Shown piece after piece: positions 20,889 to 58,756 of a stretch of 64,000 bases of DNA. The notes below the pieces were generated by a model. The model saw only the letters and a program-made list of their open reading frames with translations. It was not told the DNA's origin and searched no databases. Location: NCBI RefSeq assembly GCF_016432865.1, contig NC_067403.1, positions 256,060,001-256,124,000 on the forward strand. Reading direction: 5' to 3'. How positions within the stretch are numbered: the stretch's first letter is position 1; every line of letters begins with the position of its first letter. The translations under genes were made by a program, and so were the position numbers. This stretch comes from Antechinus flavipes (lineage: Eukaryota).

Positions 20889-22784
20889 TAACTCCTGCTC
20901 CAAGGGTTGACAGGTTTCCCTGGACCACAGAGAAGCCAGGAGTCAATCGGAAGGGAGGCCTGGATGGATCAGGAGGGAGGGGGATATATTTGGGAACGAA
21001 CGTGGGGGACCCGAGAGCTTTCCAAGCGTCCGAAGGAAGAAGCGCCCTGCACGAGGAGAGAGGCGCGCTGCCCCCCATCGAAGGAAGCCTCCATCTGTCT
21101 GGCTTGGCCCCAAAGCTTAGACCAGGAAGAGCCGGGCCAGGGAATCCAAAGAGGAACCTCCCGAACAATCAGAGCTTTGGGAAACCTCGGGAGGGAGGAA
21201 ACTTTCTGGCCTGTGGATGGTCCTCCGCCCCTGAGACGCCCTTGGACAGCCCAGCCTCTCACCCGCCGCTCCTTCCAGGCCTGAACCTGCAGGGCTTCAG
21301 ACAAAGGCTGGCTGAGCACTCATCAGGGAGCAGCAGTTGGATCCGGAGCCAGGGAGGAATCTTTCCACTGTGGCTCAGGGCCAAGGTCCCCGGGGCTGCC
21401 GCGGAGGCCATTCTGGGCCAAGCCAATGAGGAGTCTGCCTGGGTTCCCCCGCGGGTCATAGAGTGGGCTCTGGAGTTAGGAAGACCCGAGTCTGCATGCC
21501 TCTGGCTGACTCTTCCCACCGCTTTGGGGTTTTCTGGGCAGAAATGCTGCAGGAGTTGGCCATCCTTTTCCAGCCATTTTACAGCTAGGGAAACTGAGGC
21601 AGAGAGGGTCCCAGAGCTCATCAGTGTCTGAGATGGGATTTGAACTCTGCACTTCGGGACCTGATTTCACCCAATCAAGATGATGGTGGCCTGCAAGGTT
21701 CTCTCCTTCCTTCCCTGATGAGTTTGGTGGCCCCTCCTTTCCCGGCTCCTGCAGTCCTGCTAGGGGACTGTGAAAGGGACCTCCCAGTTCTCCCCCTCAC
21801 ATGGGCCCAGCCGAGGTCCAGCGCCCCCGGGGGCTCCACTTGTGCCTCTGAGAGTCCCCCCACCCCACGTATCTGGTCATCAATCTGCCCCCCCAGCTCC
21901 CACGCCCCACTCTAATCCCTTCCCCCTCATCCTTCCAGGGCCCCACTCCTCCCCCCCCCAGCCCCTAAGAGGTACAACTCTCCCTCTCGGCTCTGATCCC
22001 CCACTTCTGCTGCGCATCTTCAGCCTCAGCCTTGGAGCGCCCCCCCCCATCCTGGAGGGGATGAGGACCCCAGGCCATCTGGTGGCCTCCTGGCCAGCCT
22101 CTCATGTCTTAGCTGGGAAAACTGGGGCTTGCCTCTAAGGGCTTACAGCAGGATTTGAACCCAGGTTCTCTGACTCGGAGACTCGCTGGAGGGATGGCGG
22201 TGGACGATTTCCCTTCGGAGCCTCAATTTCCTCAGATGAAAACTAATAAGGACGAACACCACCGGCCTGGCCCTGGGGCCCTGTGGGCGCACAAAGCCTC
22301 GCGCTCTCAGAGGACTAGCATTTATTAAGCGCCCACTGCACGCACGCCCAGCCCACGGTGATAAAGCTCTGCCAACGTCACCTGCTATTACGCAGCTCCC
22401 TTCCGCTTCCTCCTACTTCTCTTCCTCCTCGCTCCCGCCTCTTCCTCCCATCTTGCTCCTCCTCCTCCTTCTGGCCCTTAAGAAGCCCCGCCCCAGAGGC
22501 CCCGCCCCCTCGCGCCTGACGCTATGGGAAGGCGGAGCCAGGGCAACCTCGCTAGGCGGAGGAGCGAGAGAAGGAGGGAGGGTAAGCGACGGGGAGGTGG
22601 GGCCTAAAGAGCGGCGGGCTCCGGGAGGCGGGGCCTGAGGTGGCAGGCCCCCCCCATGGAGGGGGAACCCGGGGGTGGCGGTGGAGGCGGCTCTAGGAGG
22701 CGGGGCGTCATTGGCGGAGCCGCGAGAGGCGGGACCTCAGGCGGGGCGGGGCCTCGAGGGGGCGGAGCCGGGCCCGGGCAGAGT

Positions 22785-22815
<31 letters not shown>

Positions 22816-22860
22816 CGAGCGGAGCCGGGGCCTGAAGCCGGGGCCGGGGCCGGGCGGAAG

Positions 22861-33488
<10,628 letters not shown>

Positions 33489-33582
33489 GCCCCAGGGCCA
33501 GCGGCCCGGCTCCCGGAGCTGCAGAGAGGCGGAGGGGCGCAGGCTGCCCCGCCCCGCGCCCCGCGCAGCCTCTGCCCGTGTA

Positions 33583-33661
33583 TTTATTGTACAAAGCCTG
33601 GCCCAGCCGGCCCAGGACCCCCTTCCCCATGTACATAAGCAGAGCGGGAATACATTTTATT
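33583..33661. terminator. Convergent poly(A) signal region of SCYL1 (+) and LTBP3 (-)
   Basis: Minus-strand AATAAA at 33583-88 and 33656-61. Plus-strand variant AATACA at 33649-54. TGTACA palindromes at 33588-93 and 33630-35. Confidence 0.6.
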
Positions 33662-34374
33662 TCTTGTCCTGCGGAGTCGGGCCTGGAGTGTTGGATCATG
33701 GGCTGCGCTGCCTCGTTGGGGGGAGGAGAGGGCCGGCGTTGAGGGGCCGAGCTGCCTCCTCTGAGGGGTGTTGAGAAGCTGAGCTTCCTGTGGGGGGACC
33801 CGAAAGCCTCGGGGTGCCTCTCGTGGGTCAGGGGATCCCTCAGGGCGGGTTTGCATCTTCCCTCTCCAGCATAGATCCACGTGACCTCTCCCAGGCCACC
33901 TCCAGGAAGACCCCGCCTCCGGGGCACCTCCCCTCCCCCATAGGTTAGGGGCGGAGCGTTTTAGGGAGCGGGCGGAATACTTCCCGACCAAGAACGTGAA
34001 GGACCAGAGTAGAGGGAGAGCTTTTATCTCTGCCGGGCTCCACAGACATCTCGGTGGGGGGGCAGGGTGACGGGGACAGGGTGGCCAGAAGCGGTCCGCC
34101 CGCGGGCAGGGAGCGGGCGCCCCGCTTTCTGTTCCTAAAATACAATCTCCTAAGAGCCCGGGGCAGGTGCCAGGCCGTGTCCACACAGTCAAGGAGCCCT
34201 CCGGGCGCGACGTCCCTCGGAGCTGCAGGGTCCCGGGGGGCGCTTCGTACCTGGCCCGGCCCTCCGAGAGCCAGGCGGGGGAAAGGCGCGCGGGAAGCCC
34301 TCTCCCTCCACGGGGGGCCCCTCCCCCGCCCGCCTGGGCCGGCTCTCCCGGGCTCCGTGTCCAAGGGCGGGGGC

Positions 34375-48759
<14,385 letters not shown>

Positions 48760-51700
48760 TCAGTTTCCCTGTTTGGAAAGGAGGAGGCTGGTTTGGATGG
48801 CGAAGAGTCCGCCCCACTCCTCCCTCGTTGGAAGTCTGGGCAGGGCAACAAGGCCCCATTTTGCTCCAGCTGACAATACCCCACCTCAGCCAGGAGTTCC
48901 CTCCCCCCTCGCACTGCAGAGCCCTGGGGACGGAGGGCAGGAAAGGGGGCAAACCCAACACTCCGAGAGCCGCTAAGCACAGAAACAGATGGCAAAGCTC
49001 AGCCCCCGCCGCCGGCCGCCGGCTCCTGGGAGCCATCCCTGTCGTCCCTCCTGAAACTTGGGGCTCCCTCCAGCCCCTGACCCGGTCCCTGCCCCTCGGG
49101 CCCCTCCTAGGCCCCAGGTCACCCACCTCCCGGACCCCGGGCCAGATCCCGCTGGTGTCTGGGCTGGGGCTGGCTCCTCGCCTCAGACAGTTCTGGCTGG
49201 AATAGCCAACGCCTGAGCTCAGGGCCTGGCCCCTTTCCCAGTCGGATGGCCCAGGAGAAGATGGGGAGCCAAACAGGGCCTGACCGGGAGATGGGGAGGA
49301 GGGAGGCACAGCTTTGGGGCCCAGTGCTTGCGAGGGGGGCAGCGTGCCCCGAGTGGAGAAACAGCCGGGGCCAGCCCCCTCCCTCACCAGGGTCTGCTAA
49401 GGGGATTAACTGGGAAGCCTGAGGTCCGGGCAGGGTGGGAACGCGGGTCTGCCAGCCGCCGGGGGAGGGGCCTGCTCCAGAGGAGGGACCCCGAGCTGCG
49501 GGAAGGTCCGGGCTCCTGAGCTCAGCTCCTCCAGCCTTGGCTCAGCATCAATGGCCTGCTCAGCCCATGGCACCGAACACATGACTGAGCAGGGCCCTCT
49601 CGGGGCCCCTGGTTATGGGAAATGCAGCTGAGCAAGAGACAGCCACCTTCAGACTCCAACAGACTTCGCCTTTGGTGTTTATTGAGCACTTAAGTAACCA
49701 TCCAGAGACACTCAAATAACAGAGAAAATGCCAGAGTGGATGACATGGAAAACTTCTGGTAATGTTTGTTCTCATTAAAACTTGTAAAGACTCTTATTAC
49801 AACTGACTTTTATTTTTCTATTTCAATACGATTTCATTTAAGACTCGTTCGTGCCGTCATTTTTCAGTCCCTGACTCTCCGTAACCTCTTTGGAGGTTTT
49901 CTCGGCAAAGAGCCTGAAGCGGGTCGCCATTTTCTTCTCTGGCTCCTTTTACAGATGAGGAAACCAAGGCAAACGGAGTGAAGTGACTTGCCCAGGTTCA
50001 CACAGCCAGTAAGTGTCTGAGGTCTGAAAAGGAGTCTCCCAGACTCCAGGTCCTATAACCCCTTAAGAGTCATGAGAGGCAGTGAACAGAGTAATGATGG
50101 ACTTGGCTCAATCCTGTGTGGCCCCGGACACGGCATTGCACTTCTCTGGGGCTTGGGCGGCTCCCTAAGATTTCTCTACAAGGTCACGGGTCACTGTGGA
50201 GTTCCCACCACAAAAAAAAAAAAAAAAAAAAAAAAAAACCACAGATTCCTTACACTTTCTAACTTTAAAAGTTTTGGATAACTTGCTATTACTTTTTAAA
50301 ATTAAAAAGGGTAAAAAATAATAGGAAACGCTCCAGGTCTCCTGCTAATAGCTTTTTTTTTTCTTTACCGATCATGAATTTTTCTGGATTTTGATCTTTA
50401 CAAAGCTCCCACTCTGGTGGCGAGAGGTGCGTTTGGACCCGGGATCAGAAGGCCTGGGATTCGGATCTGATTCTGACGCTGGCAGGTTCTGCGATCCTGG
50501 ATAAATCCCTTAATCTCTCTCTAGGCCTCAGTTTCTCCATCTGTCAACTAGGAGAAATTCTCTCACTGCCTCCTAATTCTAGGCTCACACGGACTAGATG
50601 TGATGTGAGGGTCCCTCAGCTTTTCTGTAGCTTTTTAACCCCCCACCTCGTACCCGGGTTCCAGTCCCCAAGCTAGCGCTTGCTGAAAATAAGACTTTGT
50701 CTTTTATTAGTAATAAATGCTTTTATTAGTCCAAATAAGATTTTATTTGCAGCCTCAGAAAAGGCAGGTTTCCTCATAGACCTCAGCCCAGAAGTTCCAC
50801 TTGGGAGGAACTGATGGGGTTGGAGGAGGATTTCCCATCATGCTTCCATTCTGGTGAATCCCTGCCTCTGATCCCCTCCTCCCTCATTTTGACAATAGAG
50901 GCCATTGAAGTCCAAAGAGACTAAGAAGTAGCTTAATTGGGATTTGAATCCAGGCCCCAACTCCATTCTACCGGGACAGGCAGAATCACCCAGACACAAA
51001 TAACCACGGTGGGAGAGAAAATATGGGGGGGGGGCGTTAGGGGCGAGCAACAAAGCACTGTCTCAGGCCGAATGGTACCCCAGCCTGCCAATGGGTTCTT
51101 TGATGAAGGTTCCCTGACATAGGTTTATCTCCTCCCTTGACAATCCGGACAAACGGGGCCGGATTTTCTGGCTCGAAAGATTTCGGGGGCAACCCATAGG
51201 CAAGTGACAGCATCCTGAAATCCGCAGGGCGCCCATGACCCGGCTCCAGGGGAAATAGGACCAGAAAGGAAGAGGGAAATCTTGTAGGAATGGTAACAAC
51301 AACAATAATAATATATATTTATATGTGTGTGTGTGTACATACAGAGAATGGGGGATTAGGATCGAGGGTCATGGCGATCACATGAAAGGAAATTACTTCA
51401 TAAGTGCCGACTGAATGCCCATCCTCGGGCCGTCCCACGGGGACTCAGTATAAACCTTTGACAAGTTTACAATCAGTCTGGGGCAATGGTGGAACTAGGG
51501 CAGGACAAATAGGGCTTTGTCCCCAGGTACTGACATGAGGTAGAGGTGACTACTTCTCAAAGGTCCTATTCACTCCCCTAAAGCGGAGCCATACCCAGGG
51601 GCCTGCCAGAGCCGACCCTCTCCTGTGATCTCATTTCCTCACCAACCCCCATGGTTATAAAGGCTGAACTCCCTGGGGATCTATCCCATTTGATCCTGTG

Positions 51701-52869
51701 ATCAAACTGCCCCCTGTCCCTAGCTCTTCTACAGGTGACATATATATATTTAAAAGTGGAAGGCCATTAGCCGGGCCTCGGTCTCTCCAGCTGAGCCCTT
51801 CAGAAATGTGGGCAGCTTTTTGGGGAGCTTGGGATGGTCTCGAGACCCCTAGCTCACTCAGCAGTAATATCTGAGCCCTGGAGGCCCCTAGTTCCCTCAA
51901 TCTCCCCTCATCCTTCCAGGGATGGAAGGGTTGGGACTACTTGGAACAGGGAAGGACAAAAATCACCGACATGCAAATGATCGCCCTTCCTTTTTGTCTT
52001 ACTGGGAATTAGGATTTCACCTGGGGAAGCCAACTTGAAAGTCAAATCTGGAATCCCAGCTGGGACAGCCTCACGTTAAGTCCAGACACAGACGCATTTA
52101 TTAAGTGCTTACTGTGTGCCAGGCAAACCTCATGGGCCCTGCCTACAAGAAACTTCCACTCTAATGACAGCCGTGAGAATTCAGGATTTGCCATCCCAAG
52201 GTCCGGATCTGGGTCTGCCTGCCAAGGGATTAGCTGTAAGGCACCGAGCCGGTCCACTCTCAGGGACTCAGTTTCCTTATCTGTAAAGTAGAACAACATT
52301 CACCGTCCTTATAGCAAAAGGTCATTGTGAGAAAAAGTTCTGGAGGCCACGACTGGGTCCGGCAGGTGAAATCGGCAGAATGGTTCACTGTGGGGCCGGA
52401 ACCAGAGGCCTGGATCTGCAATCCGGGGAGGCTCCACCCCACCAGGCTGCTATGGGGGGGGGATGTTTGGCTGCCAACTACAATGTTCCTGTCAGGGATA
52501 GGAGGCCCTATTCTCAGGAAGTCTCATTATAATTATTTTATGTTTTATTGTTGTTTTTTTTTGTTTTTATCGAACAGTATTTCCACTTATTACTAGTCCT
52601 CCTGCAGGGAGAATCCCTTTGTAACAAATGTTAATACTTAACAGAACACACTCCCCCGACCCTCAGGATAAGTGTCCCGGAGAAGGTCACCCTAAGGTTC
52701 CAGTACTCTGGGTCATATCCACTAAAACCATTGCTTTGGAGCCCCTAGCAATGCAGTCCGCTTTGCTAATCGGCCAGAAGACACAATATAGTTAAGGTAA
52801 ATGCACTTAATGAAACAGCAGGGTAAGAAAAGTAGCTACAACCATTCTCCCCCATAAACCCACCAAAAC

Positions 52870-53150
52870 ACATCGGTGGGAAAAATGGACATAGACGGGG
52901 AACAAACACCGAATGGAGGTGGGCAACGGCCGCAGGCGGGGCAGTTCTCTATCCATGTCATTGTAGTATTAAGACAACTCTGAGACACCACCACACACCT
53001 GTCGGATTGGCTAAAACGGCAGGAAAAGATAATACGGGTGTTGGAGGGGATGCGGGAGAACGGGGACACGGATACATTGTTGGTGGAGTTGTGAGCGATC
53101 CAACCATTCTAGAGCAATTTGGAACTATGATCTGCAAGTTATCAAACTGA
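52870..53150 (+). mobile_element. Degraded L1 ORF2 C-terminal fragment
   Basis: ATTAAGACAACTCCTGAGACACCAC...GTTGGAGGGGATGCGGGAGAACGGGGACAC...CATTGTTGGTGGAGTTGTGA...CAACCATTCT corresponds to the L1 CWRGCG...HCWW region. Confidence 0.75.
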
Positions 53151-54184
53151 GGGTGTCATGGTGCTGATCCCCCCTGACCGGCCTCCCTCATTTCCCCCGG
53201 AAATGCTAGCCCAGTCCTACAGGCCATACGGCCCTGAGGCTTCTCTGGGCTCATAATGTCAGGCTTCAGCACAGTCCTTGGCTGCAGGTCTCCTAGCTCT
53301 TCCTCCTGAAGAATGGGCTTTGTGTTGATCTTTTAGGTCAAGGCCCAAAGAGGCTTTAAAAACGTTATCTCCAAGAACAGCCAGCTGCAAATATTTAAAA
53401 CAAAACAAAACAAAAACCTGTTTTTTGGGGAATAACAGACTGGCGTTTTCCCCTCACCCAGTGTCCAGCTAAGGAGGCCGCTAAGGCAGAAAAGGCCTCT
53501 CCTCTCGGGCAGGAAGTTCTCGCCCCGGGCGCAGACTTTTAACAACAAAGAGCAGGGACATCCCTAACCAAGCGGTTAGTGCCCTCGGGCTCCAGTCTGG
53601 CCCGGCAGTAAAGGTTCAGGCTCAGCGGGCTCGGCGCTCCGGACTTATCCCGCTTTGCGGGGCCACAGGCCCGCCTGCCCCTTCCGCTCTCCAGTATAAG
53701 GCGCGATTCCAAGCCCGGGGAACGAGGCCTCTCTCCTCGTCTCTACGCCCAGTTCCACAACTTTTCTGAGTAAAAAGCTCCAAACCGACAGCTAAGAAGA
53801 GCAGCCGCCCGGTGCCGGCCCACGGGAGGGTCTGGCCCCCTCCAGCGTCCGGCCCACGTCCCTCCGAGGAAAGCGGAGGGAGAGCCAGACCGGGCAGGGA
53901 TAAGGCCGACGACGAGCGCCCGCAGACGGACGCCTGGTGGAGGCAGCGCTGCAGGCGGGCAGAGGGGAAACTGAAGCTCAGACAGGGCGGAGGCCTTGCC
54001 GGCCACAAATGCAGCGATTTATACACCGGGCCGAGCCGGGGATCGGGGCGCCCATTTTGTGGAGGGGGCTACCGAGGCTCAGGTCCTCGGGCAGTGGCGG
54101 GACTAGAACGCGCTTCCCGGCCCCGCCCTCGGGCTCAGGAAACAGCCGTTTCCTTGAGGGCGGGGCTGAGCGCCGCGGAGGCAC

Positions 54185-54446
54185 CACGTGACTCGGTCTC
54201 CGTGGCAACGCCTTAGCGCGTCTCAACCTCCCTCCTTCTTCTCTCCCCCTCCGGGGTGAATCCCCGCCTCCCTCTTCTCCGGCCCCGCGAGAGGGGAGGA
54301 ACCGTCGGGCCTCGGGGCTCCGGAAGCGCGGCCCGCCCTCGGCCCGCCCCCTTACGGCCGCGAGTGGACGATCGGGGGAAAACGTCATTTCCAGAGCCTA
54401 AGAGCGAGTCCAGTTACCGCGGCGCCGGCGCTTGCGTCACTTCCGG
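54185..54446. promoter_or_regulatory. ZNRD2: ZNRD2 (possibly bidirectional) CpG-island promoter with E-box, RFX X-box and ETS-CRE composite
   Basis: CACGTGAC at 54185-92, X-box-like GTCTCCGTGGCAAC at 54196-209, and GCGTCACTTCCGG at 54434-46 just upstream of the ATG. Confidence 0.7.
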
Positions 54447-54477
54447 CGCGGTGTTTGGTAGCGGCGGCAACGGCGAC

Positions 54478-56154
54478 ATGGCTCTGAACGGAGCAGGTGG
54501 GACCGGGCCGGGGCCGGGGTAGGGACGGGGCGGAGAGGCCGGGGCTGGGCCGGGCCGAGGGAGGGCCCAGGGTGGGGGCGGAGGCCGGGCTCCTCCTCAC
54601 CGGCCCCGGGGCCTCGCGTCCACAGAGGCCGGCGAATCGGAGTGGGAGCCGCCTTCCGAGGCCGAGACCAAGGTGCTGCAGGCGCGACGCGAGCGGCAGG
54701 ATCGCATCTCCCGCCTCATGGGCGACTACCTGCTGTGCGGCTACCGCATGCTGGGGGACACGTGCCAGGACTGCGGGGTGCGTGGCTTCATTCACTCGTG
54801 GACCAGGGGGGCGGGGCGGGAGCCGCAGATGAGAACAAACTGCGCCTGCGCACAAGGCGGGGGGGGGGGGAGCGTGGATGAAGATTGTAAAACTGGCAGA
54901 GTAAATGGGGGAAGGGGTGTTCCAGCGACTCCGAGGGGATCCCCAAGGGCTTCCTTATGGGGCACACCCTGAGCTGAGCTTTGATGAAAACCGAAGCACC
55001 CTCCCCCAACCTCCCCCTCCCCTCTTGTGCTGTCTGCTGCGCCAGTGGAGTCCGGGAGAGTCCTGCCTTCACTCCCACCGATGGCCGGTGGAACTGCCCC
55101 CTGTACCCCTTCTTGGCTTCCTTCACAGTCCATCCCGGGGGCCGGATGGGAGGCAGGTCCTCTGTGTCCCACCCTGACCCTCAGTGTCCTCCTCAAGGAA
55201 GGGATGACCTTCCCAGCTCTAGATAGGTAGTCCTGGATCCTTCATAAGCCTTCCTGCTTATTAGCCTCCTGTAGGGGGACTGGTGTCTGGGTGGCCAGAG
55301 GAAGCAGGGGAATACGGGCTGGGCTGTTGGCAGGGAATGGGCCCCGGACCACTTGGAACCAGAGCTGGCGCCTCCTTGAGCTTTAGAGGATTCCTCCCGG
55401 TGACCCCGTGGAGGACAGAGAGAGAAGGAGGATTCTTTGGGCTTCTTCTTTTCCAGACCATTTTACTCCAAGACAAACAGCGAAAAACTTACTGTGTAGC
55501 TTGTCAGGAGCTGAATTCAGACGTGGACAAAGATAACCCAGGTGAGGGGGTCCTGGGGATCCTTAGGGTGAGAGAAGGTCAGAGCCTCTGCTCTGGGTGG
55601 CCCAGAGGTGGAAGATGCCGTTTCTGGGCCAGAGAAGCGCAGGTGATCGAGGGGATGACTCGTCCGTAGGCAGGCCGATGTGTGCTCCTGTCCTGAGGGA
55701 GCCCAGGGGGCTGAGAAAGATGGGGTGATCGCCCGAATCTGGGGGAGCAGCCTCGTAGGGACCATGCCCCGTCAGTCTCCCCTGTGATGTCCTCTTCCTT
55801 CTAGCTCTGAATGCCCAGGCTGCTCTCTCCCAAGCCCGTGAACACCAGCTAGCCTCCTCAGAGCTCCCCACTGCTTCTCGACCAGCCCCACAGCCCCCTG
55901 TCCCCCGGCCAGAGCACTGTGAGGGGGCAGCTGCCGGGCTCAGGGCTGCCCAGGGGCCTTCTCCCACCTTGGCTCCCACAGCATCTCTGGCCCCAGATGT
56001 CTTGGCAGCCTCCCAGTCGGCTTTACTTCAGAAACTTGCCTGGGCCTCAGGAGAACTGGGCCCGAGCACCTCTTTGGAAGGAAGCATCCAGCTCTGCACC
56101 CTGATCCGGGTCTGTGCTGAAGCCCTGCAAGGCATTCGGCAGCTGCAACAGTGA
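54478..56154 (+). CDS. ZNRD2: Zinc ribbon domain containing 2 (Sjogren syndrome/scleroderma autoantigen 1, SSSCA1), 4 exons, about 201 aa
   Basis: Exons 54478-54496, 54626-54777, 55457-55541 and 55805-56154. Translation MALNGAE...WEPPSEAETKVLQARRERQDRISRLMGDYLL.GYRMLGDTCQDCG-TILLQDKQRKTYCVACQE... includes the CxxC/CxxC zinc ribbon. Confidence 0.96.
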
Positions 56155-57287
56155 GGGGGCCCGCAAAAGAAGAAGGGCCCCCGGGGGCTGGACTTGTCCA
56201 GTGTATGGGTCCAGGGTTTATTATGAATAGCTGCAAGAGAAAGGCACAGAAAAAACATTGGCCCCGCGTGGTTTGTTCCTTCCCCTTCCGTGCTTCTCCA
56301 GTCTGGACCCCAGCCTCTGGCCTGTGGGGGCCGCCCAGTGGGGCCGCTCTTGTGTGACCAAAATCATTCCACTTCTGGGTTCCGGGGGCTCCCAGGTGAA
56401 CCGGAGACCCCTGCTTCCCATTGTATCTTTCCTGTTTGGGGGGTATCCTGGCACCTTTGTTGGGGGGTGAGATGGGGGGGTAGGAGGTACCCCAAGCTTT
56501 GAAAAGAGAAAAAACCCAGAAAGGAAGCAGATCCCCTTGCTGCAGAGAAACAAGACCCCGGGATGTTGTGGATTTGCCCGAGGTGACTTTGCCAAGGAAA
56601 AACCCACTGGTGGTAGATGGAGGGGGAGTCTAAGTGATGACAAAAGATATAAACACTCCCCCCTCCCTCCCAGGGCTTTATAACCTCGCCCGGTACCATG
56701 AAGGGGAGGGAAAGGGACGAGCGTCAGCTCGATCGAAAACGGGCCGACAGCAGGCGCTTAAGGTCAGGCAGGCCCTCGGTGACCTTGGTGTCCAGATTCA
56801 TCCCCAACCAGAAGCCCACATTCTCGCCCCTAGGGCTCCCAGGGAGCACCCTGCACCTGGGGGAAACGACTCGGGCCTTTGCAGCCTCAAGTGCGGGCCA
56901 GCCCGGAGCCTGAAGCCTCTCGAGCGAGAGCAGCGGCCGAGGGCGGGTACCCGCCGCTCCCCAGAGCGAAGTGAGGGCTCCTGGGGTCTGCCCGCTCCTC
57001 CATCCCGCCTCCCACTGACGTCTCCTCCCACCTTAAAGGAGCGGCGTCCTCTTCCCTTTCTCCCTGTCGGGCCTGCCCTAAGAGCATCCCGAGAAGCTGG
57101 GAGCTGGGGTGAGATCCTCCCTCCCCGCCGCTCGCCCCTTAACCTCCCCGGTGTTCCGGCCCCCCTAGCCGCATCGCCGTCCCCCCCGCGGTTCGTTTTC
57201 CTTTTACGAGAGGCTCCGCCCCTCCGGCCGAGAGGAGGGGGTGCAGGGTGGGGCTTCTCCGGAGCCGAACAAAGCCGGCACTCGTAG

Positions 57288-58152
<865 letters not shown>

Positions 58153-58746
58153 GGATGCGCCCCTCCCCCAGGAGCCGGCGGCCCGGTCCCCCTCCCCCAG
58201 CCCTGGGCAGCCAGGTCCCCGCACACGCCCCCCCAAGCCCTCCGGTCTCTCACTGTGCTAGTTAAAGGGAACGGCTGGGGCCCAGAGCTGGCAGCAGCCG
58301 CTTTCCCTGCCTTTGTTCAGGGGCCTCTCCCCAGGAGAGATCCAGGCTCCTCATTATTTCCCACCCAGCCTAGCCAAGCCTTGGACGAACTAACCCCCCC
58401 CCCACGCCCACTTCTCCCCTTCCAGGGCTTCTGGGCGCCTCAGGCCACTGGCTGGGACAAGAAAGCAGCATCTGGGGGCTGGCGCCCCTGACATCCCAAG
58501 AGCCGCTCCTGCCAACGGTCCGAGGCGAAGCTGACAGCATGGCAAAGGGGGACAGCTCCGGAATCCACTCAAGGCCGCCCGCGAGCCGCGGGGTCACACT
58601 TCCAGAGCTGGCTCGGCTATTGGGCAAGACCCGCCCCGCCCCCGCCCCCAAGGTTGGCCCGGCTCCCCGCCCCCGGCAGCGGGGCGGGCAGGGCGGGGCC
58701 CTGCCCATTATTTAACACGCTAGGGCCTTGGCCCCGGGGCCCCGCA

Positions 58747-58756
58747 AATAAATAAA
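58747..58756 (+). terminator. FAM89B: FAM89B poly(A) signal
   Basis: Overlapping AATAAATAAA about 600 nt after the stop codon, followed by a U/GU-rich tract and preceded by an AU-rich TTATTTAA. Confidence 0.8.
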
